This document shows, piece after piece, positions 51,330-64,000 of a stretch of 64,000 bases of DNA. The position numbers were made by a program, and so were the translations under genes. Each line of letters begins with the position of its first letter. The first letter of the stretch is position 1. The stretch is from Eledone cirrhosa (Eukaryota), in NCBI GenBank assembly GCA_964016885.1, contig OZ024743.1, forward strand, positions 357,120,001-357,184,000. The letters run 5' to 3'. The notes beneath the pieces were generated by a model. The model worked only from the letters and a program-made list of their open reading frames with translations, ran no database searches and was not told the origin of the DNA.

Positions 51330-53150
51330 TTGAGATTCAGGTTCCTGAAGTTGCCCTTCACTACTTCATCCCATGTCTTTCTCTGTTTACTTCTTCCACA
51401 GGCCCCCATCCACTGAGATTTCTCAGCACTTCTATGCAGCTGTCATCTTCCATGTTCATTGCATATATATGTATTGCATGCCAGTGCTGCCTTCGTTGTT
51501 ACACACTGCATTGGATTTATTTTTGCCATGTTTTTCTCTAAGCTCACATATTCATGCACACTAACATTACACATCCACCAGAACATACTTGCTCCATTAC
51601 ACATCCACCAGAACATACTTGCTCCATTACACATCCACCAGAACATACTTGCTCCATTTCTTTCTAGCCTTCACAAATCTGCAGTGCTGGATAATGTTTT
51701 AATACCCTTCACTTTTAGTGGGGACACTTTTGTTGTCAGTAAAAGTATTAAACTTCTTCCATGTTCTAACTGTAGCTACTACATTCTCTGAGCATCCTCT
51801 CTCTCTTAGATAGCAAAAGCTATTGATAACTTCTCGGGAGCCAACTGGGCAATTGAGTGAATCTATTTCATGTGTACTTATTTCTCCTGTGCATCTACCA
51901 CGTGCAAAGTCTACCTTTTCTGTTATCCTTCCTGTAATCCCATATATCTCTTGTGTACTCATAGGTTGCACTGTGTGAACTTTATGGAATTTCTGCCCAT
52001 CCTTTTTTGACATATCAAACAAGGTCATTTTTAAGATGATATTAGAGCCCTGTCTTCTTCCCTACTTATTAAACTTTCTTCTTTGCTCAGTTCACTTTAA
52101 GGCTTTTTGATCCTAGGTTTAGCTTCCATGTCTGGAATGTTTGCTACTAACAGATTCAGCTTTAAGGACTAAATTATCAGCATACAGGAATTCCCATGGA
52201 CAACCAGTCTGTTGTGGTCTGAAGAATAATTGTTTCTACTTTAGGCACAAGGCCAGCAACTACCCAGTGCATTACTGGTACTTTATTTTATCTACCCCGT
52301 AAGGATGAAAGGCAAAGTCAACCTCGGCGGGATTTGAACTCAGATCGTAAAGCGACGTAACTATGCTGGAAAGCATGGCGTCCGACCCTCTACCGATACT
52401 GCCAATCCACCGCCTGAAGAATAATGATTAACAGAAATGGACTGAGGATAGATCCCTGGTGGACTCCACCTATACTCCAAATTCATCACTGTACTCATTG
52501 CCTGCCACCACCTTGTTAGTTGCCCCTCTAAACAGAGTTTGTACATCCCTCACAAACCATTCATCTACACCTAGCTTCCTAAGCACCCACCATATTACAG
52601 AGCAGGGAATCCAGATCTACAAATGCCAAGTATAGTGGCTTACCCTTAGCTAAGTACTTCTGAAGTTGTCACATAAGGAAAAGGGCATCAGTAGTAGCTC
52701 TACTTGGCATAAAGCCAAACTTTATCTCATTTAGCTTAATTCTGTCCCTAATTACTTGTGCCATGATACATTCAGTAACTTTCATGACCTGGTCCATCAA
52801 CATGATGCCTCTGTAATTACATCTCTGTTTTATATCCCCCTTTGCACTAGAGCAGTTTACAATGATACTACTGTATTAGTCATTGGGTATGACACGATCC
52901 TGTTCTATGTGATTAATGATACACCTGACAAGATTTTATCCTATCATGCCGAATGTTTTTAGCATCTTCGCAACTATACCAAACCATCCAGCTGTCTTTT
53001 CAGCCTTCATATCCTCGATATCTTTCTCTATCACACTGCTGTTTACCTTTATGGCTAGTTGGGTCTGGTGGGGCAGGCTCTTACTCTCATATTTATTCTC
53101 TTCATTCAACAATGACTTATAATCGGTCAACCATGTCATTTTATTTTTTG
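51330..53150 (-). mobile_element. Decayed RTE LINE (RT region)
   Basis: Fragments MKAEKTAGWFGIVAKMLK, EFLYADNL, EVINSFCYL; many stops. Confidence 0.75.
52231..52413 (-). mobile_element. Young S1 SINE with 12-bp TSD
   Basis: CTGAAGAATAAT at 52219-52230 and 52414-52425. Confidence 0.92.
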
Positions 53151-53162
53151 CATCAGTTAGAG

Positions 53163-53672
53163 CAGAGATTATCAAACTTTTGGGGCCACCGCCCACTCAC
53201 AGCCACGTAATACCCTCAGCGCCCCTAAGCCATTCGGTGGATTGGCAGTATCGGTAGAGGGTCGGACGCCATGCTTTCCAGCATAGTTACGTCCCTTTAC
53301 GATCTGAGTTCAAATCCCGCCGAGGTTGACTTTGCCTTTCATCCTTACGGGGTCGATAAAATAAAAGTACCAGTAATGCACTGGGTAATTGCTGGCCTTG
53401 TGCCTAAAGTAGAAACAATTATTTCCAGAGAGAGACCTGCCTACACGCAAATTGTAAATAATATAAAATGAATAAAATCGTTAATTTATATATAATAAAT
53501 AATATAATATATACTATGTATAAATAAATATTAAATATTTTTTATTTTACTATATATATATAAGTATCATTTGATATTTAATATACTATTGTATCATTTC
53601 TACTGACCTTAGGCCCCCTGGACCTTCTCAATGCCTCCTGTGGAGTGGTAGCACCTACTTTGAGAACCTCTG
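53163..53672. mobile_element. hAT-type MITE (same family as 42033-42750, opposite orientation)
   Basis: Perfect 8-bp TSD AGTTAGAG. Confidence 0.88.
53236..53421 (+). mobile_element. S1 SINE
   Basis: Full-length, inside the MITE. Confidence 0.9.
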
Positions 53673-54034
53673 AGTTAGAGAAAGTGCTCCTCTACCATTT
53701 ATGACATACTTTTCCCCATCAACTTAATTTTCTCTAGCTCGCTGTCTTGCAATGTGAAACACTTCATCTTATAGAACATGTGCAAACTTTTTCTTTTCTG
53801 CTTCTCCTTTTGCTATGTATATCTGGCATCTAACCTTTCTTCTAGCTATTTAGTGTAGGGAAGAAAGCATCCTCAAACCAAAGTCCTGCAACAAAGTGGG
53901 CTCTGCTAAATGCACTCAAGAACCAGGTGAAATGAAATTAACAGCCAACACCATTATAGGTTTAGATGGCTTTCTATGAGGTTACATCTCATGGCTGTCT
54001 TCAGAAGCAATGTAAAATGAAGTGTCTTGCTTAA

Positions 54035-54239
54035 CCCTTTAGCATTTAAACTGGCTATATCCGGCCAGAATTCTCTCACCTCTTTCTATTCAAACCGGCT
54101 GTAATCAGCCACTCAGACTTATGTTAAGGTATTGTTCTCAAAATAAATAATATCAAAATCTCATAGATTCGATCTTATGTGAAATAATTATGTGAAGTAA
54201 ATATAATTGTAAATATAGAGTTATGTAAATGCTAAAGGG
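54035..54239. mobile_element. piggyBac-type MITE
   Basis: Perfect 14-bp TIR CCCTTTAGCATTTA, TTAA TSD, inserted in an old SINE. Confidence 0.9.
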
Positions 54240-54916
54240 TTAAGGACACAGCATGCTGCCTGGTCCAAGAATTGAAACAACAATCTTATGACTATGAGTC
54301 CAACACTCTAACCACTCAACCCACCGTGGATGGTCCTATTAAACTAGACGACTGATTAAGTTTAACACCCAAGTAATCCACAGTGGAATTTGAACTCAGA
54401 ATGCAAAGAGCCAGAACAAATAGCCACAGGAATTTTGCCATATGCTCTAATGACATTGCTCACTTCACCATCTATTTACACACATATATGATAGTAATGA
54501 TTTGATGATGGGAGATTTCAGTGTCGGATCGAAATATTAAACTGCTACTATGATGAGGTACTGGTTGGATAGTTGGTTGATTGGGTGAGGAGGAGAAGGA
54601 GGAGGAGGAGATGATGAAGAAGAAACAACAACAACAACAACAACAACAAAAACGCCAACAACAACAACAACAGCAGTTCAATATTATTTACTGGATAGTG
54701 TCCAGTTGTTATAGCACTAAACACTGTCCAGTTGTTACCATGGGACACCATACAAACATGAGTGGATGATGTTTTTGACAGATCTTTTGATAAGAAAATC
54801 TTCTGACCATTAGGTGAGATAATATAACGTCAGTGTAACCATTGTTGGAACCTATACTAAGAAGTTAGGAAAGCATACCTTCTCTCACATTGATGATGTG
54901 TCTATATATGTGTGCA

Positions 54917-54962
<46 letters not shown>

Positions 54963-55684
54963 GTGTATGGTGTATGTATATACATTCCTATTATATGTAT
55001 ATTTATTAAACAGCTGGCAACATCATGCAATTATATGCAGCTGTCATTTCTATCTCTCTCTCCCTCTCCCTCTCTCATTCTCTCTCTAACACACCCCTCT
55101 CTCTCCCTCTCTCATTCTCTCTCTAACACTCCCCTCTCTCCCCCATTAACATTTCCTCCCTCCCTCTCTCTCTCTAACACCCCACCAACATTCCCTCTCT
55201 CCTTCACTAAAACTCCCCCTCTCTCTCTCCCACTAACTCTCCCTATCTCTTTAACACACACCTCTCACCCACTAACACTCTCACCCTCTCTTCTCTCCTC
55301 TCCTCTCCTCCCCTTCTCTTTCACTCTCTGTCACTTCCTCACTCTTTCTTTCCTTTTTATTTATATAATCTAAATTGTTATTTGCATGTTCCAGACATGA
55401 GAAACTCTTACATGTGTATATGTTAAACACAACTCATACACATACATACAACACATATCTACATGTGTATTTTAAATACAACACATAGACATGGAAATAT
55501 AACCGCACACACACACATACATGCACAGTCGGAAATATATACACAGACACACACACACACACATATATACTTGTTTGTGTTAAATACAACCACTTATTCA
55601 TGTACATTTACATGTTTATGTGTATGTGTGTATAGGTGTTATATTAAATTATTTTTCTCACATACATCTATTTTTCTAAAATCC

Positions 55685-55719
<35 letters not shown>

Positions 55720-55722
55720 TTG

Positions 55723-55794
<72 letters not shown>

Positions 55795-55920
55795 GGACTG
55801 CGTGTACTCAACTTGTAAGAGGCAAATAAAAGTGTTGTCATGATGAAGCAAGCGCATCTGACTGTAAAATATTGCCTCAAATCATCCCATCCAACCCATG
55901 CCACTATAGAAAAGTGGATG

Positions 55921-56296
55921 TAGAAAAGATGATGACAACAGTATATCTATGTGTATGTATATATATATAGAAAAGATGATGACAACAGTATATCTATGTG
56001 TATGTATATATATATAGAAAAGATGATGACAACAGTATATCTATATGTATGTATATATATATAGAAATGATGATGACAACACTATATCTATATGTATGTA
56101 TATATATATAGAAATGATGATGACAACAATATATCTATGTGTATGTATATATATATAGAAATGATGATGACAACACTATATCTATATGTATGTATATATA
56201 TATAGAAATGATGATGACAACACTATATCTATATGTATGTATATATATATAGAAATGATGATGACAACACTATATCTATATGTATATATATATATA
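55921..56296. repeat. About 47-bp minisatellite, about 8 units
   Basis: tagaaa(a/t)gatgatgacaaca..tatatctat.tgtatgtatatatata. Confidence 0.9.
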
Positions 56297-56480
56297 GGTA
56301 TTAAGGTGCAAATTAATTGTGTCCGTAGGCAGTATGCTGAATGAGCACTCGATGCTCTTGGGGAGCAGAGTATCAATAATATTAACATATAAGGGAACAA
56401 AGAATATGTATTGCATCATATACCTATTTTATTACATATTACATATGTTTCACTGTCGATCAGCTCGAGGAACGATCTTT
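56297..56480 (-). mobile_element. Family N copy 2 (5'-truncated within stem II)
   Basis: Minus strand reads GAAA-CAUAUG-UA-AUAUGU-AAUAAA...GAGUGCU (56344-56350). Confidence 0.75.
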
Positions 56481-56753
56481 TTTATGTGTATAATATGCCT
56501 TTAAATTTCGGGAAAATCGGCTAGACGTAACGCCTCAAAAAAGCCCTAAGAAGCTGAAAAAAATGAAGTTTTTCACCTAATGCGGGCCCTAGACCATAAG
56601 AAAGTTGGATTTTCTTTGCTTACGGTATGAAGAAGAGACTGACTAATACATAGTTACAATTTCAAGGAAATCGGTCTGACGTAATGCCTAAAAAAAATCT
56701 AAAAATCTTTAAAACCGCAGTTTTTACCTAATACATATAAATATATATATATG

Positions 56754-56836
<83 letters not shown>

Positions 56837-57211
56837 ATGTATAGATATATATATATGTATATGTATGTATGTATATATATATATATATGTATGTATATAT
56901 ATATATGCATATGTATGTATGTATATATATATATATATATGTATGTATATGTATGTATAGATATATATATATATGTATATGCATGTATGTATATATATAT
57001 ATATATGTATGTATATGTATGTATATATATATATATGTATATGTATGTATGTATATATAGATGTCTATGTATGTATATGTATGTATGTATATATATATAT
57101 ATATATGTATATGTATATGTATGTATATATATATGTATGTATATGTAAGTATGTATATATATATATGTATGTATATATATATGTATATGTAAGTATGTAT
57201 ATATATGTATG

Positions 57212-57353
<142 letters not shown>

Positions 57354-57395
57354 AGAGTGGAAAATAGATGTTAAACGATGTTGCTGATGATGATG

Positions 57396-57840
57396 ATCCT
57401 TGTTCCCTCATCACTTCTGACTACATGACCAAACCATATGAGTTATCTTCAATGTTCTCAGTCTGTCCTAGTATACTGCATATATTCATATTGCTCATCA
57501 AGTGCCTACGCATTACATCGAGCATCGCTCTTAAGTATTTCATTTCGAGAGTACGTATCCCCTTGCCTTTGGTAGTTCATGTTTCTGAGCCATATATAGC
57601 TATCAGCAGGATTAGTGTCTTGTTGAGCAGGGATTTTAATCTTCTTGAATCATTTGAAGACGGCCATACTGCAGTTCTAAGGCAGTCAAACAGTTGCAAT
57701 GCCAAGGATATTCACTGTAGAATGTCTGATTCACAGTCTAGCACCATACACCCTAGGAACTTAATCTATGTAATTTTAGGAATATTTTGCTTGTCTATTT
57801 TTAGTTCTTTATTGGGATCTGGCATCATTATGGCACATTT
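57396..57840 (-). mobile_element. Decayed RTE LINE fragment
   Basis: Minus strand tatatggctcagaaacatga = YGSET(W/*). Confidence 0.65.
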
Positions 57841-58102
57841 CTGGGGGATGAATTTTTAATCTCCATTTTTGTACCCTTTTTCAAGGTCAGTTACTACAGA
57901 TCAGATTTCATAAACCCATGACCAAGAGGATGATCTCAGAAGAGATGGACAAACCACATCTGAGACCGCTGTAGGATACGGCTTCTCACAGCTGAGAGAC
58001 GAACAAGAGACCACAACCAGTGGAGAAGGGACATTGTGTGTGTTAGGTTGTGAAGGGACACTGAGCCCTAAACAATGAGAATATACATATATATATATAT
58101 AA

Positions 58103-58330
58103 TCATCATCATCATCATCATCGTTTAATGTCCATTTTACCATGCTAGCATGGTTTACACAAGTTGTCCTGTTATGATTTAGACCTAGTCAGGTGACCAT
58201 GTCTTGCTCATACAGAACTGATTTGGGCTTGGTTTCTACAGCTGGATGCCCTTCCTAACGTCAAATACATTTACAGTGAGTACTGGGTGCTTTTTGTAGT
58301 GACACCTGCACAACCACTTTACAGTGTGTG
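58103..58330 (-). mobile_element. Meta-SINE-type repeat
   Basis: ggtttctacagctggatgcccttcctaacg with (CAT)n tail. Confidence 0.75.
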
Positions 58331-58421
58331 TTGTATAACCTTTTTGTTTCCTTATATCCAGTTACTACCATTCCCAATCATATATACATATACTCTGAAT
58401 ATAAAACTCTCTCTCTCTCTT

Positions 58422-58475
<54 letters not shown>

Positions 58476-58480
<5 letters not shown>

Positions 58481-58846
58481 ATATTAAATAAATGGAAACT
58501 ATATTCATAAAACCATATTTATTTTATTATATATATTTCAAGGGTACCAAAAGACTTTGGTACACTTTCTACACTATCCAGAGAATATCCAACTGATAAG
58601 GTATGATTTTCCTGGGTATGTCTCTATTTATAAAACAAACTTTGTATTTTATCTGAAGAAAGTGTACCAAAGTCTTTTGGTACCCTTGAAATATATATAA
58701 TAAAATAAATATGGTTTTATAAATATAGTTTCCATTTATTTAATATCATTGAATATTTACTCCAGGAACTGTTGAGTGCTCTAAATCAGTTATAAACATT
58801 TATATTTATATTTGTCGGATTTCCAACAAATTAAATACCCCTTCTA

Positions 58847-58849
<3 letters not shown>
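58476..58849 (+). mobile_element. Family K copy 2 fold-back
   Basis: Arms about 58476-58570 and 58657-58751; tail with GAGTGCT (58774-58780). Confidence 0.85.
58645..58707 (+). ncRNA. Hammerhead (family K)
   Basis: UAUUUUAU-CUGAAGA-..GUACCAAAG/UUUUGGUAC..-GAAA-UAUAUA-UA|AUAAAAUA. Confidence 0.78.
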
Positions 58850-58900
<51 letters not shown>

Positions 58901-58907
<7 letters not shown>

Positions 58908-59187
58908 GAGGCAGGGCCCAACGTTTGAGCTCTTGCTGTTTTGACAGCAAATTCCAGTCTGGAATTTGCTGTCAAAACAGCAAGAGCTCAAACGTTGGGC
59001 CCTGCCTCTCTAATATATATATAGAGAGAGAAATAGAAGGGGTATTTAATTTGTTGGAAATCCGACAAATATATAAGAGCTTAACCATCAGGCCTCAGCT
59101 CTCTAATATATTTACACTCTACTATTCCCAGTATCAAGTACTCTGCTCAATAATGGTCTTACTAATTTAAAACTAGTAAAATCCTGA

Positions 59188-59190
<3 letters not shown>
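58901..59190 (+). mobile_element. Family D copy 3, rearranged fold-back
   Basis: Perfect 57-bp arms 58901-58957 and 58959-59015; D tail at 59115-59190. Confidence 0.78.
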
Positions 59191-59252
<62 letters not shown>

Positions 59253-59503
59253 ACAGACACATATATATATATCATCATTGTCATTTTAACGGCCACTTTC
59301 CCTCTGTAAGCAAAGGTATAAATATGTGTATGTGTGTGTGTGTGTGTGTATGCATGTGTTTGTGTCTGTGTTGTATTAAATTGTTCATTCTTGTATATCT
59401 AGATATCTTCTGCTTTCAAAACATGCATACACCTATATGAATACAACATACACACACATGCACACACCAAACATATATATACACATACACTCATTAGTGT
59501 ATG

Positions 59504-59556
<53 letters not shown>

Positions 59557-59838
59557 GTGTGTGTATATGTTGTACGAGATAGTTCTTTCCCTACATCTAG
59601 ATATACACCACCACCTCTTGCTCCCCCTTCTTCTCCTCCTCCTCCTCCAAACCATTCACACCATGTTAGGTTCTGCAGAGTTAAAATGGCAACAGTAGTA
59701 GACATAGGCTAAGAACATTTAAGGCTAAAGGTTGATATGAATTAGAAAGTATGATGCATTTGACAAGTTTGATTCTGGTTGTTGGCTAAATGAGGTTTCT
59801 AACACTACCACTGGTAGCTGCTGCTACTGGTGCTGTTG

Positions 59839-59870
<32 letters not shown>

Positions 59871-60137
59871 TCTGAGATCTTACTAAACATTCAACTTGGA
59901 TATTGACATACGATATATACAATATATACAATCAGTCTATCAAAAGCAGTTTTCAAAGTTGTGTGAGTGTGAGTGTGTGTGTGAATGTATGTATGTATGT
60001 ATGTATGTATGTATGTATGTATGTATGTGTGTGTGTATGTATGTGTGTGTGTGTGTATGTGTGTGTATGTATGTATGTATGTATGTATGTATGTATGTAT
60101 GTGTGTGTGTATGTATGTATGTATGTATGTATGTATG

Positions 60138-60176
<39 letters not shown>

Positions 60177-60362
60177 ATGTATGTATGTATGTATGTATGT
60201 GTGTGTGTGTGTTTGTCTTTGGGACTATTGTGATTATATCAAATGGGTATTATAGCATCAGTGTGTGAGTGTATCAGCTACTCTTTTTACTCACACACGC
60301 ACACTTATATCATGTATGTATGTGTGTGTGTGTGTATGTAAATATATATATATACACACACA

Positions 60363-60443
<81 letters not shown>

Positions 60444-60530
60444 CATATATATATATAAACACATACATACATATATATTTATATATATACACGCACACAC
60501 ACATATATATACACACACACACACATATAT

Positions 60531-60588
<58 letters not shown>

Positions 60589-61607
60589 AAATACTTTCTA
60601 CACTGGCACTGAAAGCATTGTTTTGTAGTCTAACACAAGCATGTGGCCACACAGACAGCTCTCATAGAGTTGCACAGCCTTGCACAATTACGCTGTCATT
60701 TACAGAAATGCACGTTCCGTTGCATCTGATGCAAGCAGCAAAGCGTATCTTTAATAAGCTGCTCTCAGTTTAGATGTTTCCCTATCAATGGCCTTTCATA
60801 AGCTTTTCATATATAGCAACTGATCGGAGTGATCCACCACATTCTCTCCTCATCCTTACCCTCCTACTTCTTTCTCTATTACTACCATCCTATTATTACA
60901 GTTAGAGTTTCCAACCCTTTTCGTCCCATTTACCCTGCGGGAACATTTTTGAAAGAAAAATTTATCTCCCTCTTCCAGTTTTGTTCAGTAATTTCAGTTT
61001 ACATAGCTACATTAATACGACTAACAAAAAGGAAATTTTAACGCACTGTTTTTAACCTTATTATCTTCGGTTCAAATAACATTAATAGCACAAACAAACG
61101 TTATTTTATTTATTTATGAACAACTAATGATCAACAGATACTTGTATGTGGACAAAATACAGCCAGTTATTGTGCATACATTGATGAAACAGACTCATAC
61201 AGATTGCTAAGTCTAAAATGGGGAAAAGAACACAAATTAATTTTGCAATAAATTATAATAGACCTACTTTTGTTATCAATTTCAGATTGTTTTGAATTAT
61301 GATTGGAAAAAATATGTACAAATCCAGAATCAACAACCTTTCCCCTGAGAGTAGGGAAAATTTCCTCACTGTGTTTAGATTATTCTATGTTGAGAATCAC
61401 TCTTCTATTATATAATATTGTTAAGTGGATAGCATTAGGAAGGGCTGTAGAAACAATGCCAAATTAGAATGTATAAGCAGGACATGGTCATCCTGCCTCT
61501 CTAGTCTCAGAAGATGTTAACCCAGCCAACCCATGTGTGGAAAACAGCCATAAGATGATGATGATGATGCTGATTTGCAAGTAAAATATTCCAAATGAAA
61601 ATAGAAA

Positions 61608-61704
<97 letters not shown>

Positions 61705-61860
61705 CTAGTAGTACCTCCCTAGTTGGTTGAGATCATACGTAAGAGAGATAATAGACCTCTAGTCTGTCTGGGAGGTCAGTAATCCCACTTCAGTATTGAC
61801 TTAGTTTATGTAGATCCGTTCAACCCTTGCTAACATTGAAAACAGACGTTAAAATGATGA

Positions 61861-63440
<1,580 letters not shown>

Positions 63441-63448
63441 TCGTAACA

Positions 63449-63501
<53 letters not shown>

Positions 63502-63554
63502 ATAAATAAAACAAACAAAACACAGGAAGCAATTTTTACACAGTTATATTAGAT

Positions 63555-63558
<4 letters not shown>

Positions 63559-63635
<77 letters not shown>

Positions 63636-63674
63636 ATATATATATATATATATAATATATATATATATAAATAA

Positions 63675-63744
<70 letters not shown>

Positions 63745-63841
63745 TATATAAATAAATATATATATAATATATATATAAATATATATATATAAATTATATA
63801 TAAATATATATATATATATATAAATAAATATATATATATAA

Positions 63842-63916
<75 letters not shown>
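63559..63916. repeat. Interrupted (TA)n
   Basis: Direct inspection. Confidence 0.95.
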
Positions 63917-63919
<3 letters not shown>

Positions 63920-64000
63920 AGAGAGAGAGAGAGAGAGTGAGAGAGAGAATCAAAATACAAATAATTCATTCAGTCTTCTTCACTTCAATTTATACCTGAA

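Noticed and set aside
57368-57859. 163-aa plus-strand ORF
   Set aside because: Antisense to a decayed RTE fragment

Overview
AT-rich, microsatellite-saturated eukaryotic non-coding DNA. The SINE types and (TA)n/(CA)n/(CAC)n load suggest a coleoid cephalopod such as Octopus (inference). No host exon could be supported, and almost all ORF-track entries are microsatellite noise. The only intact genes are ORF1 and ORF2 of a full-length Tx1/L1-group LINE (about 12899-18929) sitting in an (ATT)n tract. The rest is tRNA-derived SINEs, decayed RTE LINEs, hAT/piggyBac/P-like MITEs and a non-autonomous Helitron. The striking hidden feature is a set of about 13 short non-coding element families (my labels B-P) embedded in (TA)n tracts. 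By hand-folding I count 22 type-I hammerhead ribozyme motifs with a complete core (stem I, CUGANGA, stem II, GAAA, mostly palindromic loop III, UH), about one per 3 kb. Many copies are fold-backs with a ribozyme on each strand plus an unpaired 3' tail, and that tail shares a GAGTRCT motif across otherwise unalignable families. One family is a perfect 310-bp tandem dimer that could release a retrozyme-like circular RNA. These are best read as Penelope-like pseudo-LTR/retrozyme derivatives; ribozyme activity is untested.
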